The notes below the pieces were generated by a model. The model ran no database searches. It was not told the DNA's origin and saw only the letters and a program-made list of their open reading frames with translations. Shown in pieces: positions 1 to 10,012 of a DNA stretch of 64,000 nt (its first letter is position 1; every line of letters begins with the position of its first letter). Origin of the DNA: an uncultured Holophagae bacterium (GTDB taxonomy: Bacteria; Acidobacteriota; Thermoanaerobaculia; Thermoanaerobaculales; Sulfomarinibacteraceae); assembly GCA_963801995.1 (NCBI GenBank), contig CAWDGW010000014.1:643393-707392 (forward strand), written 5' to 3'. The translations under genes were made by a program, and so were the position numbers.

Positions 1-1121
1 AGGACCTGGCCGATGTTGGGGTAGATCTCGAAGGTCTCCTGCAGCTTGCCCACAAGGTGGGGTCGCGGATCGACGAACTGGGCAGCGCCGTATTTCTTGG
101 CCGCCACGGTACCGGCGCCGATCTTCATCTCTCCGTGGGTCAGGGTGGGACCATCTTCCACGATCAGGACCCTCTTGCCGCGAACCAGCTCGGGATCCTC
201 GAGCCGGAGCGTCGAGGCCGCGTCCACCACCGTCGCACCGGGGTTGACCTTGGCGATGTTGCCGCGCACCTCTTCGATGCCGGCCAGGTCGGCGCTGTCG
301 ATCTTGTTGATCACCACCACGTCCGCGCGACGCAGGCTGACCTCGCCCGGGTAGTACCGGAGCTCGTGACCGGGCCGGTGCGGGTCGGCCACCGTGATCG
401 CCAGATCGGAGGCGTAGAAGGAGAAGTCGTTGTTGCCGCCGTCCCACAGGATCACGTCACAGCCGTTGGGATCGATCTCGGCGGCCCGGAGAATCGCCTC
501 ATAGTCGACACCGGCGTAGATCACGTTGCCACGCACCACGTGGGGCTCGTACTCCTCCATCTCCTCGATGGTGCACTGGTGCCGTTCCAGGTCTTCCAGC
601 TCTGCGAAACGCTGGACCTTCTGAGCCACCAGGTCGCCGTAGGGCATGGGGTGGCGGATGGCGACCACCTTGAGTCCCTTGGCCATCAGCAGCTCGATCA
701 CCCTTCGCGAGGTCTGGCTCTTGCCGCAGCCGGTGCGCACCGCACAGACCGAGATCAGCGGCTTGGTGCTTTTGACCTCGGTGTCGTCCGGGCCCAGGAG
801 GTTGAAGGAGGCGCCGGCGGCCTGGACGATGGCGGCCACGCCCATGACGTGCTCGTAGCGCACGTCGGAGTATGAAAAGGAGCACTCGTTGACGTCGAGC
901 TCTTTGATGAGCCGGGGCAGTTCCTCTTCGGGGTGGATGGGAATGCCGTTCGGGTAGAGCGGGCCGGCGAGTTCCGCCGGGTAGGTCCGGTCGTCGATGC
1001 CGGGGATCTGCTCGGCGGTGAAGGCCACCACCTCGACCGACTCGTCGTCCCGGTACCGGGTGTTGAAGTTGTGGAAGTCGCGCCCAGCGGCGCCGATGAT
1101 GATGATTCTACGCTTGGCCAT
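1..1121 (-). CDS. COG2403-family P-loop GTPase-like protein (cyclic 2,3-diphosphoglycerate synthetase-like domain); C-terminus lies outside the window
   Basis: My own minus-strand translation from the ATG at 1121-1119 gives MAKRRIIIIGAAGRDFHNFN...CAVRTGCGKSQTSRR...ILWDGGNNDF...HRPGHELRYYPGE. The frame stays open to position 1, which is why it is absent from the ORF track. The family call is from recalled similarity. Confidence 0.6.
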   Translation of the reverse strand, partial: MAKRRIIIIGAAGRDFHNFNTRYRDDESVEVVAFTAEQIPGIDDRTYPAELAGPLYPNGIPIHPEEELPRLIKELDVNECSFSYSDVRYEHVMGVAAIVQAAGASFNLLGPDDTEVKSTKPLISVCAVRTGCGKSQTSRRVIELLMAKGLKVVAIRHPMPYGDLVAQKVQRFAELEDLERHQCTIEEMEEYEPHVVRGNVIYAGVDYEAILRAAEIDPNGCDVILWDGGNNDFSFYASDLAITVADPHRPGHELRYYPGEVSLRRADVVVINKIDSADLAGIEEVRGNIAKVNPGATVVDAASTLRLEDPELVRGKRVLIVEDGPTLTHGEMKIGAGTVAAKKYGAAQFVDPRPHLVGKLQETFEIYPNIGQV

Positions 1122-1178
1122 TCAATCCTCCAATAATTACGAGCTGCGCTCGGTCGGTCAATTTAGCACTGAATCGAA

Positions 1179-2330
1179 TCAATACCCTGGGATCTGCTTG
1201 GGGAAATAATCCTGCAGGGTTCCCTCCCGGTACACGTCGGCGGTGGCGCAGTGCAGCCCGCCACCGAAGGGCCCCACTCCCCAGAAGGGGACCGGGATGA
1301 CTTCGAATCCCAGCTTGTCGAACTGCTCTTGTTGGGCCTTTTCCTGTTCCTCGACGAAGATCGTTTTCTCGTCCAGGAGCAGGGTGTTCATGGACAACCA
1401 CACGCTGCAGAAGCACAGCGGCGGCTTCTTTTCCAGCGCCGGCTCCGCGCAGGGGACGATCTCCCAATCGTTCATGGCGAACAGACGCTTCATTTCGTCG
1501 GTCATCGGCACCCGCTGGCGGTTGCTGAGCGCCAGGCCGGGACGCAGGGGGATGAAGGTGGCGTCGATGTGCATCGGGTGGGCTTCGTAGAACAGCACCT
1601 CGTGGACTCGGTGATTCGAGAAGTGCCGTCGAAGCCAGTCGATGCCGGCGCCGTTGGTGGTTGTGGATCTTTGGACGAAGAGGTCCTTGCCGAAGCGGCC
1701 CACGTCAGCCGCGTCGAACAGGGGTTCCTCCTCGGTGAGATTCCACTGTTTCTTCATCGTGAATCGCTCGATCTGCTCCTCTTCGGGGAAGGACTCGGCG
1801 TAGTCCCAGAACTTGATACCGTCCACGTAGCTGCGTTCGGTGAGCCGAGGCTTCGGCGCGGCCTCCCACTTGAACTTGGGATCTTCCTTGAAGTAGCGCT
1901 GCAGCAGAGGCCGGTAGGCGAGGAACTCGAACCAGCGGCTGCGGCAGGACATGGTGGCTTCAATGATCTCGTTTCCCACCGTCAGCAGGAGATCCCGCGG
2001 CGGCATCACGCCGAACATGGAGTCCTGCTCCCAGTCGGGTGTGGAGACCTTTTGAGAAAAGTCCAGCGGAACCGGGCGATCGACCGTCACGCCGCGTTTT
2101 TCGAGCATTGCCGCGAAGTTGTCGAGCTGCTCGTTGGCGATGTCTTCCATCTCCTTGGGCAGCGGGCCATAGGTCCCCAACGGAAAACCGTACTCGGGCC
2201 AATCCCGCACACACGCCGGCTCCGGGGCCTGCACCATGGTGCCGTCGGCGCGGCCGACGATGACGTGCTTGAGCGGATCCCACTCGTTCCATGAATTGAC
2301 GACTGTCGGCATTTCTGTCCTCCTTGACAC
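1179..2330 (-). CDS. Amidinotransferase family protein (glycine / inosamine-phosphate amidinotransferase-like)
   Basis: 383-aa ORF. The N-terminal VNSWNEWDPLKHVIVG and the C-terminal GGGLHCATADV (catalytic Cys context) are typical of AGAT/StrB1-type amidinotransferases. Confidence 0.75.
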   Translation of the reverse strand: MSRRTEMPTVVNSWNEWDPLKHVIVGRADGTMVQAPEPACVRDWPEYGFPLGTYGPLPKEMEDIANEQLDNFAAMLEKRGVTVDRPVPLDFSQKVSTPDWEQDSMFGVMPPRDLLLTVGNEIIEATMSCRSRWFEFLAYRPLLQRYFKEDPKFKWEAAPKPRLTERSYVDGIKFWDYAESFPEEEQIERFTMKKQWNLTEEEPLFDAADVGRFGKDLFVQRSTTTNGAGIDWLRRHFSNHRVHEVLFYEAHPMHIDATFIPLRPGLALSNRQRVPMTDEMKRLFAMNDWEIVPCAEPALEKKPPLCFCSVWLSMNTLLLDEKTIFVEEQEKAQQEQFDKLGFEVIPVPFWGVGPFGGGLHCATADVYREGTLQDYFPKQIPGY

Positions 2331-2333
2331 GAG

Positions 2334-3944
2334 TCAGCTCTCGTAGTCGATGGCAGCGCCCCGTGTGGAAGAGGCAGCCAGCCGTCGGTAGATCGAGAGA
2401 TATCCTTTTTGCTCTGTCTCGGTCGGTGCGGTCCAGGCTTCGCGGCGGGCCGCGAGATCCTCCTCCGACACGAGCATGTTGAGGCTTCGAGCGGGTACGT
2501 CGATCTCCACCGTATCGCCGTCCTCGAGCAGAGCGATGGGGCCGCCCACCGCCGACTCGGGTGCGATGTGACCCACAGCGCAGCCCTTGTTGGTGCCCGA
2601 AAAACGACCGTCGGAGAGGAAGGCGATCCGATCTTGCAGCCCCTTGGCCGCCAGCTGCCACAGAAAACGCTGCAGCAGCCGCATCCCGGGGTCTCCCTTC
2701 GGGCCGGTGGAGCGAACGACGACCACGTCGCCGGCTTCGAGCTTGTCCTCGAGAAGGGCGTCGCAGGCCTCCTCCTCGGTGTCGAAGATGCGCGCCGGTC
2801 CTTTGTGCTGCAACATGCTCTCCGGAACCGCCGACTTCTTGATCAGCGCCCCTTCCGGTGCGAGATTGCCGTGCAGGAAGACCAGCCCGCCCTCGGGATC
2901 GAGGGGCTCTTGAAGCGAGCGAATCACGCGGCGGTTGCCCGGCCGCACCTGCTGAAGGTCCTCGGCGAGGGACCTGCCGGTCACCGTGATCACCCCGGTG
3001 TCGAGCAGAGGTTCGAGTTCCTTCATCACCGACGGCAACCCGCCGGCCTCGTCAAGATCCACCATCAGTTTGTCGCCGTTGGGTGCCACGTCGCAGATCA
3101 ACGGGGTGGCGCTGCTGATCCGGTTGAAGGCCTCGGCGTCGATGTCGAGGCCGAGCTCGGCGGCGATGGCCTGCAGGTGCAGGACCCCGTTGGTCGACCC
3201 GCCGGTGGCCATGAGGACTCGAATCGCATTTTCGAATGCGGCACGGGTCATGATCTTGGAAGGTGTGATGCCCTCCTTGTGGAGGTTTACGACCTGGCGA
3301 CCCGCATCGAAGGCGATGCGCATCAGCCGCGAATCGGCCCCCGGGGTTGCCGTGTTGCCCGGCAACGACATGCCGAGGGCCTCGGTCATGGCCGCCATGG
3401 TGTTGGCGGTGCCCATCACTGGGCAGGCGCCCATGCCGGGGCATCCGCGGTCCTGGATCTCGCAGAAGTCGTGCTCGGTCAGAGAACCGGCCTTGAACTT
3501 CGAGTAGTGGCTGCCGGCCACGTCGAGCGGGTCGACGGGATTGCTGCGGTACCTGTTGAGGCTCATGTAGCCGCCGGTGACCACCACGGCCGGCAGGTCG
3601 AGACGGCCTGCCGCCATGAGGTGGGCCGGCACCACGTCGTCGCACACGGTGACGAAGACCATGGCGTCGAAGAGGTTGGTCATGGCCACCGCTTCGATGT
3701 AGCCGGCCACCAGATCGCGGTGGGGGAGGTGGTAGTTGTCGTGGCCGGCCATGGAGGTGCACAGGGCGCTGATGACGAACTCCCGCGGCGTGCCGCCGGC
3801 CGACCACACCCCCGCCTTCGCCGCCTCGGTCACCTTGTCGAGGTTCATGGCCGCCGGGTTGATCTCGCCCCACGAGTTGACCACCCCGACCTGGATCGGT
3901 TTGATGGTCTCCTCCCCAAGGCCCGTGCCACGCATGAGCTGCAC
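2334..3944 (-). CDS. IlvD/Edd family dehydratase (dihydroxy-acid or sugar-acid dehydratase). The true start is probably the ATG at 3996, reached through a frameshift.
   Basis: 536-aa ORF with motifs KPIQVGVVNSW, CDDVVPAHLMAA, VVVTGG and CPGMGACPVMGTANTM. An upstream GAGGAG RBS plus ATG at 3996-3994 (MTTKRKIPG..) is one base out of frame with ..LPDYANVERVQLMRG. Confidence 0.8.
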   Translation of the reverse strand: MQLMRGTGLGEETIKPIQVGVVNSWGEINPAAMNLDKVTEAAKAGVWSAGGTPREFVISALCTSMAGHDNYHLPHRDLVAGYIEAVAMTNLFDAMVFVTVCDDVVPAHLMAAGRLDLPAVVVTGGYMSLNRYRSNPVDPLDVAGSHYSKFKAGSLTEHDFCEIQDRGCPGMGACPVMGTANTMAAMTEALGMSLPGNTATPGADSRLMRIAFDAGRQVVNLHKEGITPSKIMTRAAFENAIRVLMATGGSTNGVLHLQAIAAELGLDIDAEAFNRISSATPLICDVAPNGDKLMVDLDEAGGLPSVMKELEPLLDTGVITVTGRSLAEDLQQVRPGNRRVIRSLQEPLDPEGGLVFLHGNLAPEGALIKKSAVPESMLQHKGPARIFDTEEEACDALLEDKLEAGDVVVVRSTGPKGDPGMRLLQRFLWQLAAKGLQDRIAFLSDGRFSGTNKGCAVGHIAPESAVGGPIALLEDGDTVEIDVPARSLNMLVSEEDLAARREAWTAPTETEQKGYLSIYRRLAASSTRGAAIDYES

Positions 3945-4005
3945 GCGCTCGACGTTGGCGTAGTCGGGAAGCCCGGAATCTTTCTTTTTGTCGTCATGGC
4001 GCTCC

Positions 4006-5303
4006 TCAGCTCGTCAGCTCGGCAAAGGACTTGCCGAGCGACTCAAGGCCCTCGGCGACGAGCTCGTCAGTGATCGTGAGCGCAGGGATGAAGCGGATGA
4101 CGTTGCCACGAATACCGCACGAAAGGAGATCAGGCCGTGTTTGGCAGCGGTACCGAGCAGCTCTTTGGTGAGATCGGGATCAGGCTGGTTGGAATCGCCG
4201 TTCTTGACCAGTTCCATCGCGATCATGGCACCCCGCTCGGTGCGGATATCGCCGATCCGATCCGGGTAGGTCTGCTGGAGCGGCACGGAGCGTTATCGTC
4301 GAAGAGCGCTCCGATGGCCTGCGAACGCTCGAGCAGATTGTCATTCTCGAATGACTTCCAAGACCGCGAGTGCAGCCACGCAACCCAGAGGCGAAGCGGC
4401 GTAGGTTCCTCCGAGGCCGCCGGGCAGCGGAGCATCCATGATTTCCGCTTTGCCCACGACTGCGGCGATCGGGAATCCGCCGGCCATGCCTTTCGCAACT
4501 GTGGTCAGATCGGGCTCGACGCCGGAATATTCGATGGCAGAACACTTGCCGGTGCGGGCGAATCCGGTCTGGATTTCGTCGTTGATGAACACAATGCCGT
4601 GTTCGTCGCAGATATCGCGCAATGCCTGCAGGAACTCGTTCGGCGCAGGGTAGTAGCCGCCCTCACCGAGCACCGGCTCGACGATGATCGCCGCGACCTC
4701 ATCGGGGGCGATGTCGGTCAGCGAAGAATTGATTTCAGTGCCGCCACGTGTCGACTCCACCGAGATCCCGTGGTACTCGAATCGGGTACGGAGCGTGGTA
4801 AGATGTTGCCGGGGAAGGGTCCGAAGAGAGTTCTTGTAGGGGACGATCTTGCCGGTCAGACCGAGGGCGAACATGGTGCGCCCGTGGAACAGCCGTTGAA
4901 ACGCGATGACCCCTCGCCGACCGGTGTGGGCGCGAGCGATCTTGACTGCGTTCTCCACCGCTTCGGCGCCGGTGGTGGAGTAGGCGACTTTCTTTGGCGT
5001 CCGGAACCACGGGGCGACTTCGGTGAGCTTTTCGGCGAGGGCGACCAGAGAGTCATAGGGATTCACCATGGCGCAGGCGTGGCTGAAGCGGTCGAGTTGC
5101 TCTTTGACGGCGGCGACGATGCGCGGATTGACAGTGACCGGTACCGTTGACGGCAAGCCGCCTGCGAAATCGACATAGCGTTTGCCTTCAACATCCCACA
5201 GCTCGGCGTTGAGCGCGCGGTCGGCGAAGACCTGGTGGATGTTGCCGAACCCGCGCGCAAACACCTTGTTCTTGCGTTCTTGCATTTCATTGTTGGTGGT
5301 CAT
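4006..5303 (-). pseudogene. gabT: 4-aminobutyrate aminotransferase, broken by about 8 apparent single-base indels
   Basis: GabT-like peptides are spread over several frames: MTTNNEMQERKNKVFARGFGN..., FGPFPGNI, YHAPYPI, YHGISVEST, EPVLGEGG, DEIQTGFARTGK, NDNLLERSQAIGALF, IGDIRTERGAMIAMELV and LLSCGIRGNVIRFIPALTITDE..ELTS*. Confidence 0.8.
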
Positions 5304-5325
5304 GGTGTGCAATCCCCTTCCCTTC

Positions 5326-6784
5326 CTATTTGTCGATCGCGCCGATGCACATGTACTTGACCTCGACATAGTCATCGAGACCGTATTTGGAGCCCTCGCG
5401 GCCGTTGCCCGACTCCTTCATGCCGCCGAAGGGGGCCATGGTGTTTGAGATCATGCCCTCGTTGATGCCCACGATGCCGTACTCCAGGCCCTCGGCGACA
5501 CGCCAGATGCGACCCACGTCGCGGGCGCAGAAGTAAGCGGCAAGACCGAACTCGGTGTCATTGGCCATCGCGATAGCCTCGTCCTCGGTGCTGAAGGAAA
5601 CGAGAGGCGAGACTGGTCCGAAGATCTCCTCGCGGAAGACCCGCATGTCGTCGGTGACCCCCGACAGAATCGTCGGCTCGACAAAGCGGTTACCGAACTC
5701 GGAGCGGCCTCCGCCCGAGCACCACCTTGGCGCCCCTGGTGACGGCGTCGTCGATCATCGAACACACGGAATCGGCGGCGGTGTCGTCGATTAGCGGACC
5801 GATGGTCACGTCTTCATCGGCGCCGTTGCCAACCTTGAGCCCCTTGACGGCTTCGGCCAATTTTTGGGAGTACTCAGCCATGACCGTGTCCTGTACCAGG
5901 ATTCGGTTGGCACAGACGCAGGTTTGACCGGCGTTGCGATACTTGGTGACCATGGTGGCCTGCACCGCGTTGTCGAGATCGGCATCGTCGAAGACGATGA
6001 AGGGCGCGTTGCCGCCGAGCTCCATGGAGGTTCGCTTCATGGTCTGGGCGCAATCGGCCACCAGCTTCTTGCCAACTTCGGTGGAGCCGGTGAACGTCAG
6101 CTTGCGGACGATGGGGTTGGAGGTGAGCTCGTCGCCGATGGCGCCGGTGCGGCCGGCCAGGACGTTGATGACTCCCGCCGGGATACCGGCACGCTCGGCC
6201 AGTTCCACCATGGCGAACGCTGACAACGGAGTGGCGCTCGCCGGCTTGCAGACCGTGGTGCAGCCGGCCGCCAGGGCGGCACCCACTTTGCGGGTGAGCA
6301 TGGCGTTGGGGAAGTTCCAGGGCGTGATGCACGCGACGACGCCCACCGGCTGCTTGATGACCACGATGCGGCGGTCGTTGGCGGGCGGCGCGATGACGTC
6401 ACCATAGATCCGCTTGGCTTCCTCGGCGAACCACTCCACGAAGCTGGCGCCGTATGCGATTTCGCCGCGCGACTCGAAGAGTGGCTTGCCCTGCTCGGCG
6501 GTGAGAATCTGCGCCAGATCTTCCTGGGCCTCCATCATCAGGTTGAACCAGCGGCGCAAGAGGTTGGAGCGTTCGGTGGCCGTCTTCTGCCGCCACTGGA
6601 TCTGGGCCTTCTCGGCGGATTCGATGGCACGCCGGGTCTCGGCGCCGCCACAGCGGGCGACCTCGGCGATCACCTCGTCGTTGGCCGGGTTGGTGACGGC
6701 GAAGGTGCTGCCGTCGTCCGCGTCCGTCCATTGGCCGTCGATGTAGGCTTGGGTCTTCAGCAGTGAGTTGTCGGTCAGTTTCAC
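5326..6784 (-). pseudogene. gabD: Succinate-semialdehyde dehydrogenase (NAD(P)+) with one apparent frameshift
   Basis: ORFs 5690-6784 and 5326-5646 form one ALDH (motifs ITPWNFP, FTGSTEVGK, ELGGNAP, EEIFGPV). Removing one G from CTCGGGCGG (plus strand 5711-5719) restores ..VLGGGRSEFGNRFVEPTILSGVTDDMRV.. Confidence 0.8.
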
Positions 6785-6818
6785 GATTGCCTCCTTGAAC
6801 TGGTTTCAGCGCCGCCCA

Positions 6819-7508
6819 TCAGCCGACGGCGGATTGATCGTTTGTTTCTTCGGCGCCAAGCTTCCTGATGATCATTTGCGTACTGTCGTCGAGACTCTTC
6901 CATCGGGCCTCCTTGACCGCGGTGGCGTTCCCGGATCGCAGTGCTGCCAGAAGGCTCGAGTTTCCGAGGTCCACCTGGGAGGCGCCTTCCTCGCTGAAGA
7001 CCAGGGTCACCGATGGCCGAGCCAGCAGCCACAGCCGATCGAGGATCTCGAGAAAGATGGGAGCCTCAGCGGCCTCGAAGATCAAGAACATGAAGCGGTG
7101 GTCGAGGGAGACGGCGGTTCGGTAGTCGCCACGTTCGAGGGCCGCCTGATAGCGTTCCTCGATTCGCTCGAGCTCGGCGAGGTGTTGCGGCTGCATGCGT
7201 TCCAGAAACCGCTCCAAAGCCTCTCCCTCGAGGAATTTACGGACTGCCACAGCCTCGAGATACTCTTCCACGGAAAGAACTCGGACCCGGATGTCGCGCG
7301 CGCTTCTGAGATGGAGGGCGCCCTCGTTGACCAGCTGGAGGACGGCCTCTCGGACGGGGGTGACGCTGATGCCCATTTCCTCCGCGAGATCGCGCAGGCG
7401 GACCCGCTCGCCCGGTCGAAAGCGGCCGTCCATGAGGGCATCGCGCAACGCCAGATAGGCCCGCTGACCGAGATTTTCGTTTTCGATTGGGCGGAACCTC
7501 GAGGCCAT
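6819..7508 (-). CDS. GntR family transcriptional regulator (FadR/FCD subfamily)
   Basis: 229 aa. It has an N-terminal wHTH (LRDLAEEMGISVTPVREAVLQLVNEG) and a helical C-terminal domain. It is the first gene of the minus-strand operon. Confidence 0.8.
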   Translation of the reverse strand: MASRFRPIENENLGQRAYLALRDALMDGRFRPGERVRLRDLAEEMGISVTPVREAVLQLVNEGALHLRSARDIRVRVLSVEEYLEAVAVRKFLEGEALERFLERMQPQHLAELERIEERYQAALERGDYRTAVSLDHRFMFLIFEAAEAPIFLEILDRLWLLARPSVTLVFSEEGASQVDLGNSSLLAALRSGNATAVKEARWKSLDDSTQMIIRKLGAEETNDQSAVG

Positions 7509-7538
7509 CTGCGATCCTCCATTTCGGTGCCGTTAGAT

Positions 7539-7553
7539 GTTATAACATATAAC
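7539..7553. promoter_or_regulatory. Candidate GntR operator
   Basis: Perfect palindrome GTTATA-ACA-TATAAC, 31-45 nt upstream of the GntR start codon. It fits the GT-N(x)-AC pattern of GntR-family operators. Confidence 0.35.
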
Positions 7554-7565
7554 GAAACATCTGCC

Positions 7566-7596
7566 AATCTTCAATTTTCAATCTTCAATTTTCAAT
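7566..7596. repeat. Heptamer tandem repeat H1 (AATYTTC x 4.4)
   Basis: AATCTTCAATTTTCAATCTTCAATTTTCAAT, identical over 31 nt to 32984-33014. Confidence 0.95.
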
Positions 7597-7677
7597 TTCG
7601 CCCTGGGGGATCGGATACGATACCTCGCAGCACCGGGATCGGGACCCCAACGCCCGACCGGTGAAAAGGAGACGCCT

Positions 7678-8220
7678 GTGAAGAACCCGATTGTGATCAT
7701 GACGGTGCTGCTGCTGGCGGCGGTGCCCGCTGCGGCGCAGAAGGTCTACGTGGACTGGGACCCGACGGCTGACTTCGGCTCCTTCAAGACCTTCGCCTGG
7801 GCCAAGACCGCGCCCACCTCCTTGGAGGCCAACTACCCTTTGATCCACTCGTTCATCAAAAACTCGCTCGAGTACGAGTTGGCCTCAGGCGGACTGGTGG
7901 AGAACACCGACGATCCTGACGTCTGGGTCACCTACCACGCCTCCACGAAGCAGAGCATCCAGGTCATGACCTCCTCCTACGGCTACAGCTTCGGCCCATA
8001 TTGGGGTGGCGCTGGCGCGTCCTCTGCAATGGTGAACACCTATGACAAGGGCACGCTGGTCATCGACATCTGGGATGCGCGCAAGAAGGAGGCGATTATT
8101 CGAGGGACCGCCTCGAAGGTCTTCTCGGACGAAGAGAGCAAGGCCCTCAAGCAGATTGACAAATCGATCACCAAGATCGTCACCAAATTCCGCAAGATGC
8201 GCGAAAAGGAGTCTCGCTGA
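7678..8220 (+). CDS. DUF4136 domain protein with signal peptide (paralog 1 of 4)
   Basis: 180 aa. It has a signal peptide and the motifs VYVDWD..FKTFAW, PDVWVTYH and GTLVIDIWDARKKEAIIRG, shared with ORFs at 32344, 46995 and 59514. Confidence 0.7.
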   Translation: MKNPIVIMTVLLLAAVPAAAQKVYVDWDPTADFGSFKTFAWAKTAPTSLEANYPLIHSFIKNSLEYELASGGLVENTDDPDVWVTYHASTKQSIQVMTSSYGYSFGPYWGGAGASSAMVNTYDKGTLVIDIWDARKKEAIIRGTASKVFSDEESKALKQIDKSITKIVTKFRKMREKESR

Positions 8221-8225
8221 CCGTC

Positions 8226-9851
8226 GTGAGCCCTCGAAAGCAGCAGTGGATCGATGTGGTGATCCTGGGGGCGTTGTGCCTGCTGCTGTTCTTCTCGATG
8301 CTCGGCGACCGGCCGCTGTGGGATATCGACGAGGGGATGCACGCCCACACCTCCAAGGAGATGGTGCTCACCGGCGACTGGGTGACGCCCACCATGAACG
8401 GCGAGAGGTTCTACGACAAACCGCCCCTCTTCAACTGGCTGGTTTCCCTCGCCTTTCTGGTCTTCGGCTTCACCGAGTTTGCCTCGCGGCTGCCGGCCGG
8501 GGTGCTGGGGACGGGCACGGTGATGGCGACCTACGTCCTGGGAACACGGATGTTCCACCGCCGGGTCGGCCTGCTGGGGGGCGTGATCCTCGCCTCCAGC
8601 CTCGAGTTCCTGCTGATGTCCAGGGTGGTGGTTCACGACATCGCCTTGGCGTTCACCGTGACCCTGTCCCTGCTCTTCTTCTGGATCGCCTTCCACGACG
8701 AGCATCGACGCAGGGCCTCTCTGTTTGGTTTCTACGTCGCCGCCGGACTCGCCGTGGTGGCCAAGGGTCCGCTCGGTCTTGTGTTGGTGGGCCTGGTGGT
8801 GGGGCCGTGGTTGCTGATTCGCAGGCAAATGGGCTTTCTGAAGCACATGGGCCTCTGGTGGGGCGCCCCAGTGTTCCTGGCTGTGGCCGCCCCCTGGTAT
8901 GTGGCGGTGATGCGGGCCAACGCCGACTTCGGGGCCTATTTCTTTATCCAGCAGAACTTCATGAACTTCGCGTCGGCCGAGTCCCGTCATCCGGAAGCGT
9001 GGCATTTCTACGTTCCAGTCATGCTCGGCGGTTTCTTTCCCTGGACAGCCTTTCTTCCGGTGGCGGTGATCAATGCGGTCCGGCAACGGGCCAAGCAAGA
9101 TCCGGGACGGCTGCTGTACCTCGGCCTGTGGAGCGGGATGCCGTTTCTTTTCTTCTCGGTTGCGAGTTCGAAGCTGCCGTCCTACGTGCTGCCCCTTTTC
9201 CCGGCCCTCGCCCTGCTGGTTGGGGTTTTCTGGAGAGACCTCCTGGTGGATCGGGAGGGCCGGCTGCACCGCGGAGCCCTGGCGTCGATGGCGGTGCTGG
9301 CGGTCATCCTGGCGGCTGGTGTGGTCTACGGTCTGGTCTTCGAGCTGGCCGATGCACAGGCAAAATATCGGGTCGAAGCCTCGGTCTTTCTGCTGCCGAT
9401 CGCGGTGTTGGTGGCTGGGGTCGCACTGACCTTGGCGCTGTGTTGGAGGAAGCTCCACCGGGCGTGTTTCGTGTCCATCGCCGCGATGATCGTGGTGCTG
9501 ATTCTGACGGTCAATGTTGCCGTGGTCCCCGCCTTCAACACCTTCAGGTCCACCAGGGATCTCGGCAGGAGGCTCGATGCCGTCCTGCCCGAGGGTGAGC
9601 GTCTCGTCTTCCATTGGGATCTCAAGGACTCGACCCTGTTCTACACTCCGCGGCTGGGCACGACTCTCCACACCACGGTGGACGTCATGCGCCACATGGC
9701 CCAGGAGCGTCCGGCCCACTGCATGGTGGACATGGACAACTACGAAAGGGTGGACCCGCTGACCTGGACAGGAACCTGGGTCGTCGCCACTGACGGCGCC
9801 AAGATCGTCCTCGCCAACCGACCCACGCTCGGGGATCTCCAGCAGCCCTGA
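8226..9851 (+). CDS. ArnT-like glycosyltransferase family 39/83 (undecaprenyl-phosphate sugar : lipid A/protein transferase-like)
   Basis: 541-aa polytopic membrane protein. The motif DEGMHAHTSKEM..FYDKPPLFNWL is typical of the PMT_2/ArnT family. GTG start. Confidence 0.7.
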   Translation: MSPRKQQWIDVVILGALCLLLFFSMLGDRPLWDIDEGMHAHTSKEMVLTGDWVTPTMNGERFYDKPPLFNWLVSLAFLVFGFTEFASRLPAGVLGTGTVMATYVLGTRMFHRRVGLLGGVILASSLEFLLMSRVVVHDIALAFTVTLSLLFFWIAFHDEHRRRASLFGFYVAAGLAVVAKGPLGLVLVGLVVGPWLLIRRQMGFLKHMGLWWGAPVFLAVAAPWYVAVMRANADFGAYFFIQQNFMNFASAESRHPEAWHFYVPVMLGGFFPWTAFLPVAVINAVRQRAKQDPGRLLYLGLWSGMPFLFFSVASSKLPSYVLPLFPALALLVGVFWRDLLVDREGRLHRGALASMAVLAVILAAGVVYGLVFELADAQAKYRVEASVFLLPIAVLVAGVALTLALCWRKLHRACFVSIAAMIVVLILTVNVAVVPAFNTFRSTRDLGRRLDAVLPEGERLVFHWDLKDSTLFYTPRLGTTLHTTVDVMRHMAQERPAHCMVDMDNYERVDPLTWTGTWVVATDGAKIVLANRPTLGDLQQP

Positions 9852-10012
9852 AAATTCGATGTTGGCGTTTCACCTCGGCGTGTGATCAGGTGAGGGGATG
9901 ACCGATCCGCGAGAGCCGTTCGGCGCCTTGCTGTGGGACGCCAAACCCGAGATCGAACAGGGGTCGATCCGGCGCGGCCAAACACGACGGCTGACCGTGA
10001 GAGAATGCCCGC

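Noticed and set aside
8040-9719. ORFs of 559 aa (minus strand) and 518 aa (plus strand, alternative frame) overlapping the ArnT-like gene. Similar shadow ORFs occur at 57-875, 2409-4073, 13678-15072, 15167-16273, 19048-20103, 30727-32133 and elsewhere.
   Set aside because: These are Arg/Pro/Gly/His-rich low-complexity translations typical of off-frame or antisense reading of high-GC genes. In each case a convincing family-level protein occupies the other frame.
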